Shown: piece after piece, positions 9,213-18,202 of the stretch | Position numbering within the stretch: the first letter of the stretch is position 1 | Layout: each line of letters opens with the position of its first letter | NCBI GenBank assembly: GCA_963776345.1 | Contig: CAVZMH010000013.1 | Span: 96,001 to 160,000, forward strand | Source: an uncultured delta proteobacterium | Lineage (GTDB): Bacteria; Myxococcota; Myxococcia; Myxococcales; Myxococcaceae | Reading direction: 5' to 3' | Length of the DNA stretch: 64,000 nucleotides | The notes under the pieces: generated by a model | What the model saw: the letters and a program-made list of their open reading frames with translations, nothing else | What the model was told of the DNA's origin: nothing | Databases searched by the model: none | Program-made: the position numbers and the translations under genes

Positions 9213-10565
9213 TCAGCCCAGGTCGAGCACCGAGCGGCGCAGGTACCCACGGGGATGCCGCGCGGCCGACCACAGCTCCGCCGCGGCGTGCACCACGCCC
9301 GGGAGCCAGTCGTCGCCATCCACCGCCACGTCCACCAGCCGCTCGGGATCGGCGCGGTACCACCGCCACCAGCGGCGCGCCTCCTCGGCGCTGGTGGTCC
9401 CGGCGAGGCGCCGGAGCGAGAACCACAGCCCGTGCCCGAAGCGCGAGCCGTAACGGTACCCACGCGTGTCGTGCTCCCGCGCCGCCCTGGCCAGCGCGAG
9501 CAGCTCCTCGCGCCTCCCCTGCGCGGCCAGGTAGGCCATCACCGGCAGCGGCAGGTCCCGCGCACAGTCGAAGTGCATCTGGCCGTAGAAACGGGGGTTG
9601 AAGTCGATGAGGTGGGCCCGCCCGCCATGCACCAGGAACTCGGCCTCGAAGACCCCGAAGTAGCCCACCTGGCGGCAGAGCTCCGCCAGGCGCTCGGCCA
9701 GCAACGCGTCCACCGGCGCGTCCTCGAAGCAGATCCCGATCCCCACTCGCTGCGGCCGCTGCAGCACCTTCCGCGCCGCGCGCACCCCGAGCAACGCGCC
9801 GTCGCGATCCACGAACCCCGAGACCGAGTACACGCCCGCGCTGGTCGGGGCGAAGGCCTGCAGCATCGGTGCGGCGAGCGGCCCGAAGTCCTCCTCCACC
9901 CCGGGAAGGTAGCGATCGCGCTCCAGCCAGCTCCGGTACACCCTGGGGAGATCCTCGCCCGCCTCGACGGTCCGCCCGTGATTCTCGGAGGCCAGGAACA
10001 CCTGGGTCCGGGGCTTAATCAGGAGCGGACGGGGAAGCGTCGGCGCGAGCCGCTCCACGTCCTCCGGCGTGTCGGGGAACCAGGTGGGCAGCGTGGCGAG
10101 GCCCACCCGGGCGCAGGCGGCGTGCAGGCGCTTCTTGTCCAGCAAGGTCACCACGGTCTGCAGCGGCGGCTGGAAGAGCAGGAACGCGCGCCCCAGCTCC
10201 CGGGCGTGGCGGGCGAAGAGCCAGGCCAGGTCGTCCGAGGTGGCGTAGAGGAAATGCCCGGGCGACTCCCTGCCGAAGGCCAGGAGCCACTCCACGAACG
10301 CCTCGGGACGGCGCGGCGGTGGCGCCTTGATCCGGCGGTCCGTGCGGCGCGACCAGCGCGCCGGCGCGAGCCACTCCGAGCCGGCGACCACCACCGGCAC
10401 GCCGTGGGCGCCGAGCGCCCGCACCGCGGCGAGCGTTCCGCCGTAGGTGGGCATGGTGAGCAGCGCCGGTGGACGGCTCGCCCCGCACGGCACGACCGGC
10501 GCGCAGGGGACGAGCTCGGAGACATCGGAAAGGGGGAGACAGGAGGTGGAGAGCACGCGGGACAA
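9213..10565 (-). CDS. ATP-grasp carboxylate-amine ligase family protein (start uncertain)
   Basis: GTLAAVRALG, LLDKKRLHAAC, PLLIKPR, YFGVFEAEF and LIDFNPRFYG motifs. Confidence 0.85.
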   Translation of the reverse strand: MSRVLSTSCLPLSDVSELVPCAPVVPCGASRPPALLTMPTYGGTLAAVRALGAHGVPVVVAGSEWLAPARWSRRTDRRIKAPPPRRPEAFVEWLLAFGRESPGHFLYATSDDLAWLFARHARELGRAFLLFQPPLQTVVTLLDKKRLHAACARVGLATLPTWFPDTPEDVERLAPTLPRPLLIKPRTQVFLASENHGRTVEAGEDLPRVYRSWLERDRYLPGVEEDFGPLAAPMLQAFAPTSAGVYSVSGFVDRDGALLGVRAARKVLQRPQRVGIGICFEDAPVDALLAERLAELCRQVGYFGVFEAEFLVHGGRAHLIDFNPRFYGQMHFDCARDLPLPVMAYLAAQGRREELLALARAAREHDTRGYRYGSRFGHGLWFSLRRLAGTTSAEEARRWWRWYRADPERLVDVAVDGDDWLPGVVHAAAELWSAARHPRGYLRRSVLDLG

Positions 10566-10654
10566 GAATCCGAGCCGGAGACTGCATGCCCTCCGTCAGT
10601 CGGGCAATGACTTCTCGGGCCGGGTCGTACCGGACACGGTTCAACCTTGCGAAC

Positions 10655-10669
10655 GCAACGGAATCGCCA
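10655..10669 (-). promoter_or_regulatory. Putative sigma54 (-24/-12) promoter for the ATP-grasp gene
   Basis: Minus strand TGGCGATTCCGTTGC = GG-N10-GC with TTGC at -12; intergenic and correctly oriented. Confidence 0.45.
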
Positions 10670-10727
10670 CCGCGATGCACCTCTCCACCCGCACCGCGGC
10701 CGACCCGGGTCTCGATCGCCCTGGTGT

Positions 10728-11795
10728 TCAGCTCTTCCGGGCGTCGAGCCAGGCGCGGAGCTCGGGAGGGACCCCGCTCTCGGCCCGGACGCCGGGCTCG
10801 ATGGAGAGCGGCACCGCCACGAAGCCGCGATGCCCGAGGGCGGCGAGGAGCGCGCGGCGGGCGTCCTCGTCCGGGGAGAAGAGGACGCATCCGTCCCCGC
10901 CGCCCGCGCCGCTCACCTTCCCGGTGCTGCCCGCCGCCCGGGCGAGCGCGAGGATGCGCGCCGTGTCCGGCGTCCCGACGCCGGGGAGCGACTCCAGGAC
11001 TTCCTCCAGCCCCTGACAGGCCTCGTCCACCTGCGCGTAGCGTGAGGCACGGAGCCCCTCCTCGAGCTCGCGGCCGAGCCCGTCGCTCGACTCGACGAAG
11101 CGCTGGCGTGCCGGCCCCGCGACGAGGGACTCGACCTTCTGGATCATCCCCCTGGTCGAGGCGCTCCGCCCGCTGAAGGCGTAGCTCGCCGGAAGTCCTG
11201 TCGTTCCGAGCCGCACCACGTCCGGCGCGCCGGCGGCGGCGAGCCCGAGCCCGAGTGACGGCGCCTCGAGCACTCGCTCGCGCGGCCAGCGACGGTACCG
11301 GAGGAGCCCTCCGACTGCGCACGCCGCCACGTCTCCACCGCTTCCCCCGCCCGTCGCCTCGGCGTGCGCGAGGAGCGCGAGCGCGAGCGGCGGCCGGACC
11401 GCGAGGAGCCGGGCCGCGCTCTCCACCGCCAGGACCGCGGCCCGCGCGGAGCTGCCGAGGCCGAGCTTCTGTCCGCCGGGCCCGGGCAAGGTGGGCGAGA
11501 GCGCGAGCTCGAGCCCGAGGGACTCGCGTGCCCGTGCCCGCACCACGACGTCCAGCGCCCTGGCCGCGACGGCAAAGGCGGCCGTCGGCTCGGTGGCCCA
11601 GCGGACGCCGAGCGGAGTCACCGTTCCCTGGAGCCGCCCCTCGGCCAATACCAGATCTACCTCCCGGTCCTCACGGGTCCGGGCCAGCGCGGTCGCCCGG
11701 GGTCCCACCCCGGCCAGGCGGGCGGTCCCGCCCCAGAGGATGGCGTACTCCCCGGAGAGGAAGAGCTTGCCCGGGGCGGAGAGGCAGATCTCCAC
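10728..11795 (-). CDS. Phosphomevalonate kinase (GHMP family)
   Basis: SAPGKLFLSGEY, KLGLGSSA, GSGGDVAAC and KVSGAGGGDGC motifs; last gene of the mevalonate operon. Confidence 0.85.
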   Translation of the reverse strand: MEICLSAPGKLFLSGEYAILWGGTARLAGVGPRATALARTREDREVDLVLAEGRLQGTVTPLGVRWATEPTAAFAVAARALDVVVRARARESLGLELALSPTLPGPGGQKLGLGSSARAAVLAVESAARLLAVRPPLALALLAHAEATGGGSGGDVAACAVGGLLRYRRWPRERVLEAPSLGLGLAAAGAPDVVRLGTTGLPASYAFSGRSASTRGMIQKVESLVAGPARQRFVESSDGLGRELEEGLRASRYAQVDEACQGLEEVLESLPGVGTPDTARILALARAAGSTGKVSGAGGGDGCVLFSPDEDARRALLAALGHRGFVAVPLSIEPGVRAESGVPPELRAWLDARKS

Positions 11796-11808
11796 GGCGG
11801 CCGGTGCC

Positions 11809-12795
11809 TCAGGGCTCCACGAGCCGGGCGTCGCCGCCGGGACGGCAGCGCACCACCTCGACCGCACCCGCGTCGCGGGCGAGCCGCTCGACCTCGGCCT
11901 CGTGCGAGGCGAGGGTGAGGAGCACCGGGTTGGGCCCTGCGTCGAGGGTGAACCACACCGGCACCCCGCGGCGACGCGCCGCCGGCAGCGCGAGGATGAG
12001 CCCGAGTGTCCCGGGCAGGAGGTAGCAGAGCGGCGGCTCCGCGGCGAGCGCGGTGGCGTGCATCCGCCAGGCGTTGCGCTCGGACAGCGCGCCCAGCGCC
12101 TCGAGGTCCCGAGCGGCGATGGCGGCGGTGGCCCGGGGAATCTCGGCCTCGGCGTCGCGGACCCACGCCGGGTAGTACGGGGAGGTCTCCACCGTCTGGG
12201 CCATGCCGTCGCGGCTGCCGACCTCCTTCTCCGCGCGGCTGAGCACCGCCACCAAGAGACGCAGCTCCGGCCAGTGCCCCTCGGGGAAGGCCTGGGTGGC
12301 GACGCTGTCCTCGCCGTCGTCGCGCGCCCCGCGGTGCCAGATGCACACCCCGCCCTGGATGCTCCGGCACGCCGAGCCGCTCCCCTCGCGGGCCAGACGG
12401 GACACCGCGGCGGCGTCGGTGGAGAGCCCCGCAGCGGCCCGGCCGGCCAGGGCCAGCGCGGCGAACCCGGCCGCGCTCGAGGCCAGCCCGGCGGCCATGG
12501 GGAAGTTGCCCCGCGACTCCACCCGCACCGGCCCGAGCGTCCGGGCGGACGCGGCGCGCACCCGCTCCAGCAGGGTGAGCACCCGGTGCCGTTCCTTCCC
12601 CCGCGCCTCGGCGCCGTGGAGGGTGACCGCATCGGCCGGCGCGCCGAACTCCACGGTGGTCACCACCTCGAGCGGGGCGAGGGTCACCGAGAGGCTCGAC
12701 TGGTGCGGGAGGATGCGCACCGGGTCACGCTTCCCCCAGTACTTCACCAGCGCGATGTTGGGGTGCGCGCGCGCGGTCGCTGGCGAGGGGCTCAT
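11809..12795 (-). CDS. mvaD: Diphosphomevalonate decarboxylase
   Basis: NIALVKYWGK, AGLASSAAG, GSGSACRS and TLDAGPN motifs. Confidence 0.95.
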   Translation of the reverse strand: MSPSPATARAHPNIALVKYWGKRDPVRILPHQSSLSVTLAPLEVVTTVEFGAPADAVTLHGAEARGKERHRVLTLLERVRAASARTLGPVRVESRGNFPMAAGLASSAAGFAALALAGRAAAGLSTDAAAVSRLAREGSGSACRSIQGGVCIWHRGARDDGEDSVATQAFPEGHWPELRLLVAVLSRAEKEVGSRDGMAQTVETSPYYPAWVRDAEAEIPRATAAIAARDLEALGALSERNAWRMHATALAAEPPLCYLLPGTLGLILALPAARRRGVPVWFTLDAGPNPVLLTLASHEAEVERLARDAGAVEVVRCRPGGDARLVEP

Positions 12796-13760
12796 GCCGT
12801 TGGCTCCAGCCCCGAGGTGAGCACGGTCAGGCCTGCCTGCTCCAGCGTCCTCGCTGGCGGGGCCCGCCGGAACAGCGCCACCACCGCCCCGCCGTCACCA
12901 CCCGCCCCGGTGAGCTTGGCCCCCAGCGCGCCGGCGCGGCGGAGCGCGTCCACCGCGGTGTCCAGCGCCGGCGAGCTGACGCCCGCGGCGGCGAGGAGGC
13001 CGTGGTTGACGTTCATCGCGTCGCCGAGCCCCTCGAGGTCACCGGCCTCGAGCGCTGCCGTGCCCTCCACCGCGAGCCGGCCCATCTCCCTGAAGAGGCG
13101 TCCGTAGCGCTCGGGCCACCGCGCGGCCCGCCGCCTGAGCGCGGCCACCGTCTCCTGGGTCCCCCGGCGCGGGCCGACCAGGGCCAGCACCAGGGTCGCG
13201 GGTGCGCCGATCCCGATCTTCCGGACGCGGCCCGGCCGGCCGGGCACGGGGCGTCGGTACAGGAGCGGGGCGCCGTGCGCGCTCACCGTGTGGTCCACGC
13301 CCGAGGGCGTGCCGTGGAAGGTCTCCTCCATCCTGAGCGCGAGCGCGAGCACCTGTGCCGGGCCGGGCCGGGCGCCGCTCGCCGCGAGCAGCAGGCGCGA
13401 CACCGCGACGGCGAGCGCCGCCGAGCTGCCGAGCCCCATCGAGACCGGAAGCGTGGAGGAGAGCGCGATGCGCAGGGGCGGACGTCCCGTGGCCTCGGCG
13501 ACGGCCTCGAACGCGGCGTCGAGCATCCGCCGCTGCGCGAGCGTGAGGTTCGGCAACCCCGTGAGGCCGCAGCGCTCGGCGGGCGTTCCGCGCGCGGTGA
13601 CGCCGAGGGTGAGCGGGACCGCGAGCGCCGGGTGTCCGTACACCACCGCGTGCTCGCCGAGGAGGATGACCTTCCCCGGGCCGAACGCCTCGGGGGCGGG
13701 GCTCCGGTGCGGCGCGCGCGCCGGGGCGGCACGCTGCGCGGCGCTCGACCTCCGGCTCAC
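12792..13760 (-). CDS. mvk: Mevalonate kinase
   Basis: GKVILLGEHAVVYG, PVSMGLGSSAA, HGTPSGVD and KLTGAGGDGG motifs. The GTG start overlaps the mvaA stop (GTGA). Confidence 0.93.
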   Translation of the reverse strand: MSRRSSAAQRAAPARAPHRSPAPEAFGPGKVILLGEHAVVYGHPALAVPLTLGVTARGTPAERCGLTGLPNLTLAQRRMLDAAFEAVAEATGRPPLRIALSSTLPVSMGLGSSAALAVAVSRLLLAASGARPGPAQVLALALRMEETFHGTPSGVDHTVSAHGAPLLYRRPVPGRPGRVRKIGIGAPATLVLALVGPRRGTQETVAALRRRAARWPERYGRLFREMGRLAVEGTAALEAGDLEGLGDAMNVNHGLLAAAGVSSPALDTAVDALRRAGALGAKLTGAGGDGGAVVALFRRAPPARTLEQAGLTVLTSGLEPTA

Positions 13761-15127
13761 GACCGATCGGTCGGTCCGTGCGCGTCGGCGGGCCCGAGCG
13801 ACGCCAGGATCTCCCGCGCCTTGTCCACCTTGACCATGCCGCTCTTCACCAGGAGGTGGGCCACCTTCTCCACGTGGTCTCCACGGGCGCCGGCGGTCAC
13901 CGCCACGCAGCGGGCGTGGAGCGCCATGTGGCCCTTCTGGATGCCCACCGAGCCGAGCGCCCGGAGCGCGGCGAAGTTCTGGGCGAGCCCCACCGCCGCG
14001 AACACCATGCTCATCTCGCGGGCGCCGTGGGTGCCCATCAGCTTCAGCGCCAGCTGCACGCCGGGGTGGATCTTGATCGGCCCACCCACGGTGCCGAGCG
14101 AGAGCGGCAGCTCGATGCGGCCGACCAGGTGCCCCTCCTCCACGTACCACTGGGAGAGCGGCCGGTACTGCCCATCGCGGCAGGCGAAGGCGTGCGCCCC
14201 GGCCTCGATCGCCCGCCAGTCCTGCCCGGTGGCGATGGCCACGGCGTCGATGCCGTTCATGATGCCCTTGTTGTGCGTGGCGGCGCGGTACGGGTCGGCC
14301 CGGGCGAACCGGCTGGCCTGGCTGATTCCCTCGGCGATCTCCGGACCGGGCATGTCGAAGTCCGCCAGCGCCTCGAGCGGGATCTGGCAGCTGGCCCGCG
14401 CCAGGCGCCGGTCGGCGAGGTTGCTGAGGATGCGCAGGTAGACGTGCCCGCCGGTGATCTGCTCGATGAGCGGCGCCACGCCCTCGGCCATGGTGTTGAT
14501 GAGGTTGGCCCCCATCGCCTCCTGGGTGTCGATGATCAGGTGGACGACCAGGAGCGGCTCGCCGCGCGAGCCCTCGGGCGCCGGCAGCAGCCGCACCTCG
14601 ACGTCGCGCGCCCCGCCGCCCCGACGCTGCATCGAGGGGTGGAAGCTGTTGGCCAGCGCGAGGATCTGCTCCTTGTGGGCACGGATCTTCTCGGCGGCGA
14701 TGGTGGGGTCGCCGTAGCGAGTGACCTGTACCTGACCGATCATCAGGGGCTCGTCGGCGTCGGAGGTGAAGCCGCCGGCCTCGCGGACGATCTTCGCCGC
14801 GAACGAGACCGCGGCCACCACCGACGGTTCCTCCACCGCCATCGGGACCACATAGTCGCGACCGTTGACCTGGAGGTTCAGCCCCAGGCCGAGCGGGAGG
14901 GAGAAGGTCCCCACCGCGTTCTCGATCATCGTGTTCGCCGTGCCGAGCGGCAGCGTCTCGGCGCTCCGCAACAGCTCCAGGTCCTCCTTCGACAGGCCGA
15001 AGCGTCGCTCCAGCTCGGCCAGGCGCTGCTCGAGCGTCAGCTTGTGGAACCCCGGGAAGCGCGAGGAGGGCGTCTGCTCCCCGGGCCCCTCGTCCACTCG
15101 CAGCACTGCCCCCGTTCCCTGTTTCAC
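13757..15127 (-). CDS. mvaA: Class II hydroxymethylglutaryl-CoA reductase
   Basis: IENAVG, EEPSVVAA, AMGANLIN, RAATHNKGIMNGIDA and GIQKGHMALH motifs. Confidence 0.95.
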   Translation of the reverse strand: MKQGTGAVLRVDEGPGEQTPSSRFPGFHKLTLEQRLAELERRFGLSKEDLELLRSAETLPLGTANTMIENAVGTFSLPLGLGLNLQVNGRDYVVPMAVEEPSVVAAVSFAAKIVREAGGFTSDADEPLMIGQVQVTRYGDPTIAAEKIRAHKEQILALANSFHPSMQRRGGGARDVEVRLLPAPEGSRGEPLLVVHLIIDTQEAMGANLINTMAEGVAPLIEQITGGHVYLRILSNLADRRLARASCQIPLEALADFDMPGPEIAEGISQASRFARADPYRAATHNKGIMNGIDAVAIATGQDWRAIEAGAHAFACRDGQYRPLSQWYVEEGHLVGRIELPLSLGTVGGPIKIHPGVQLALKLMGTHGAREMSMVFAAVGLAQNFAALRALGSVGIQKGHMALHARCVAVTAGARGDHVEKVAHLLVKSGMVKVDKAREILASLGPADAHGPTDRS

Positions 15128-16224
15128 AGCGACTCCATCCAGTCCTTCAACGGAGCCGTCACCACCCGCGGGTTACGCCGCAGGTCGGCCACGGTCCGGC
15201 TCGAGGTCAACAGCAGTGCCTGCCGCAGTCCTGCGACCACGGTGCGCACTGCCGCGTCGGCGCCGGCCACGCCGCCCGCTTGCTGGGCACGGAAGAGCGG
15301 CAGGGCCATGCCCGCCAGGTCCGCGCCGATCGCCAGGGCCTTCGCAACATCGAGGCCATGACGAATGCCACCCGAGGCGATGAGCTTCACCGACGGGCCC
15401 ACCGCCCGCCGCACGCTCGCCACCGCGGCCGCCGTGGGGATGCCCCACGAGGAGAAGAGAGCGCCCAGGTCGGCCATCTGTCCCGAGGCCCGGAGCTGCT
15501 CCACCCGGACCCAGCTGGTTCCACCGAGCCCGCTGACGTCGATGGTGCGCACCCCGCAGTCGACCAGCCGCCGCGCCACCGCGGGCGCGATGCCGCAACC
15601 GGTCTCCTTCACCAGGAAGCGCTCGCCGAACGCCGACCCCAGCGCCTGCACCAGGCTGTAGCCGCCGCGAAAGTCACGGTCCCCCTCGGGCTGGCTCAGC
15701 TCCTGCGCGGCGTTGAGGTGCAGCGCGACGCCGTCCGCATCGATGCCGTCCACCAGGCGCCGGACACCGTCCACTCCAAGTGCGATGGCCTGCTTCAGCC
15801 CGATGTTCCCGACGAGGAGCACGTGCGGCGCGACGTCGCGGACCTGGAACGTGCGGGCCAGCTCCGGGTGCTCCGCCATCGCGCGCTGGCTCCCGACCCC
15901 GAACATCAGCCCATGCCGCTCCGCCACCTGGGCGAGGTCGCGATTGACCTCGCGGGCCCGGTCGGTGCCGCCGGTCATCCCCGTCACCAAGATGGGGGCG
16001 CGAAGGACCTTCCCCCAGAGGGTGAGGGTCAGCTCCACCTCGTCCAGGGCCAGCTCGGGGAGCGCGCTGTGCACCAGGTGCACGCACTCGAGCAGGGTGG
16101 AATTTCCGTCCGGTTCCACGTCCCCTTGCGCGCACAAATCGAGGTGGGCGTCCTTGCGCCGCGCTGTCTGGGCCTCTGGCATCCGGGGTTTGGGGGGAGT
16201 ACCAGCCAGGTCTTTGATGCGCAA
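15124..16224 (-). CDS. fni: Type 2 isopentenyl-diphosphate isomerase (FMN-dependent)
   Basis: RKDAHL, GMTGG, GVGSQR, HLNAAQE..QPEGDRDF, KETGCG and SGLGGTSW motifs. Confidence 0.95.
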   Translation of the reverse strand: MRIKDLAGTPPKPRMPEAQTARRKDAHLDLCAQGDVEPDGNSTLLECVHLVHSALPELALDEVELTLTLWGKVLRAPILVTGMTGGTDRAREVNRDLAQVAERHGLMFGVGSQRAMAEHPELARTFQVRDVAPHVLLVGNIGLKQAIALGVDGVRRLVDGIDADGVALHLNAAQELSQPEGDRDFRGGYSLVQALGSAFGERFLVKETGCGIAPAVARRLVDCGVRTIDVSGLGGTSWVRVEQLRASGQMADLGALFSSWGIPTAAAVASVRRAVGPSVKLIASGGIRHGLDVAKALAIGADLAGMALPLFRAQQAGGVAGADAAVRTVVAGLRQALLLTSSRTVADLRRNPRVVTAPLKDWMESL

Positions 16225-16249
16225 CCCGATCCGGGGTATCTGCCCCCGT

Positions 16250-16663
16250 GTGTCGGCGAGCCCAGGAACCGCTACCCTCGCGATTTTCCTACACAGTGGC
16301 GCGTATGACAGGGTGCATCAAGGCCTGTCCATCGCCGCCTCCGGGGCTGCCCTCGGCCGCCACGTGGACATCTATTTCTTCTGGTGGGCACTGGAGCGTC
16401 TACTGACCGACCGGTTGGACGAACCCGATTTCCCCGACCGGGAGGACGTGGCCTCGGGGTTCGAGGCGCGGGGGCTGCCCACGCTCCGGACGCTCCTCGC
16501 CCACCTGCGGGCCTCGGGGCAGGTGACGCTCGTCGCCTGCACCGGGAGTCTGGCCGCGCTGGGACTCACCGCCGCCCACGCCGAGGGCCGCGTGGACACC
16601 CTGCTCGGCTGGACCGCCATCCTCGGCCGCACCGCGGGGCTCACCGACCGCTTCTACCTCTAG
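16250..16663 (+). CDS. DsrE/DsrF-like (peroxiredoxin-family) protein
   Basis: LAIFLHSGAYDR...AASGAALGRHVDIYFFWWAL and LVACTGSL pattern. Start uncertain (ATG 16217 or GTG 16250). Confidence 0.65.
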   Translation: MSASPGTATLAIFLHSGAYDRVHQGLSIAASGAALGRHVDIYFFWWALERLLTDRLDEPDFPDREDVASGFEARGLPTLRTLLAHLRASGQVTLVACTGSLAALGLTAAHAEGRVDTLLGWTAILGRTAGLTDRFYL

Positions 16664-17114
16664 ATGTCGACGGCGCCTTGCCCGGCCGCAGCGCCACCAG
16701 CGCGACGGCGAGCACCGCCTGGAGTCCGAAGAGCACCGTGGAGACGCCGTGGAGCATCCCGAACCGGCGGCGCGTGGGGTCGCCGGGCGGCAAGTGCGAC
16801 AGCGCCTCACCGGTCGCGCGCCGGATGCCGGCGATCTCCGGCGTGACGAGGAACAGGCTGGCGGCGGCGAGCGCGGCGAGCACCAGCCCGAGCACCACCG
16901 CCGCGCGCCCCGAGCGGCCCGTCGCCCCGAGCGCCACGGCGGCGAGGCCGAGGGCGAGGCCCACGCCGTCGAGCACCGGAAGCACCCGGCCGACCACCCG
17001 CGCGGCGATCGACGGAGGCACCGTGGCGAACAGCGCTGGCGTCACGGTGGTGGCGAAGATCGCGAGGGCGCCGAGGAAGGCGACGAGCAGCAGCCGGTGG
17101 GTGGAGTGGAGCAT
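16641..17114 (-). CDS. DUF4149-like membrane protein
   Basis: Four TM segments; C-terminal RRRFGMLHGVST motif typical of DUF4149/TMEM205. Confidence 0.7.
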   Translation of the reverse strand: MLHSTHRLLLVAFLGALAIFATTVTPALFATVPPSIAARVVGRVLPVLDGVGLALGLAAVALGATGRSGRAAVVLGLVLAALAAASLFLVTPEIAGIRRATGEALSHLPPGDPTRRRFGMLHGVSTVLFGLQAVLAVALVALRPGKAPSTSRGRSGR

Positions 17115-17150
17115 GGCCCGAGCATGCTAAATGACGTCCGAAGGCACTCC

Positions 17151-18170
17151 ATGGTTCTCCTCCTCGTCCTGGTCAGCATCGGCTTCGTCGTCTGTCTCGG
17201 GCTCCTCGTCTTCGGGCGGAGCGCCCCCGCGACCCACGCCACGGCTCTCACCGCCGCGGCCGGCAGCGCGGCCGCCGCCCGCGGCGGACCGGACCCCGAG
17301 CTGGAGAAGAGGCGGCGGGAGGTCGAGGAGCTCCGGGCCACGGTGGCCGAGCTCCGGGGCGAGCTGAAGCAGACCCGGAAGAAGCTCCACGACCAGCGCG
17401 AGGCGGAGAAGGGCGGTACGGATCTGGTCAAGGCCCGCGTCGAGGTGGAGCGGAGCGCGTCCCAGCAGCTCGAGGTGGTGCGGGGCGAGCTGGCCTCCTC
17501 GCTGGCGGAGGTCAGCCGGCTGAAGAGCGAGGCAGAGGCGTTCCGGACCCGTCGACCGGCGCCCGCTCCACCACCCCCGACCCCCGGCCCCGCTCCGGCC
17601 GCGGCCCCCACCCCGGCGCCCGAGCCACGCCGCTTCCGCGAGCTGTCGGACACCGACCGCGAGAAGATGGACCGGCTCGAGCACCTGGCCAACCGCGAGC
17701 GCTCGCGCGCCCAGGAGCTGTCCGCCGAGGTGCGCCGGCTGAAGGGTCGGACCGAGACCCAGGCCCGGGTCTACACGGTCATCAGGGGCGAGCTGGATCT
17801 CCTGAAGGACAAGTTCAAGGCGCTGGAGAAGCGGCTCAACCGCACGCTGCTCGAGCGCGACCTCCTCCGGCGGGCCATCCGGGATCTCGAGAAGAAGAGC
17901 GGCCTCGCCGCCGACCGCACCGAGCTCACGGCGGACGAGGTGGCGGCCTCGGATCGCTCGGTGGAGGAGCGCGCCGCGGCCGAGGCGGCGGAGATCGCCC
18001 GGCGGACGAGGCCTCCCGAGCCCGGGGCCGGCGGTGCGCCGGACACCTCTGCCGAGCCCGCGGGCTCGAGCGCCACCTCTCTCGACGGGGCGCCCCCCGC
18101 GGACACCGAGGGCGCGCCATCGGCCCCGCTGCTCGCCGGGCCCGGGCAGCACGTGGAGAAGGCCGGCTGA
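17151..18170 (+). CDS. Membrane-anchored coiled-coil protein, function unknown
   Basis: N-terminal TM, two heptad-rich regions separated by a Pro-rich linker, low-complexity tail. Confidence 0.75.
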   Translation: MVLLLVLVSIGFVVCLGLLVFGRSAPATHATALTAAAGSAAAARGGPDPELEKRRREVEELRATVAELRGELKQTRKKLHDQREAEKGGTDLVKARVEVERSASQQLEVVRGELASSLAEVSRLKSEAEAFRTRRPAPAPPPPTPGPAPAAAPTPAPEPRRFRELSDTDREKMDRLEHLANRERSRAQELSAEVRRLKGRTETQARVYTVIRGELDLLKDKFKALEKRLNRTLLERDLLRRAIRDLEKKSGLAADRTELTADEVAASDRSVEERAAAEAAEIARRTRPPEPGAGGAPDTSAEPAGSSATSLDGAPPADTEGAPSAPLLAGPGQHVEKAG

Positions 18171-18202
18171 CCCCGACCTCCACTCCGGGCCGGCCGCCCA
18201 GG

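Noticed and set aside
10528..10590. Out-of-frame ATG (10587) with GGAGGG upstream of the ATP-grasp gene, hinting at a frameshift in the CCCCCTTT run
   Set aside because: SD spacing is too short and in-frame alternative starts exist. It cannot be resolved without homologues or reads.
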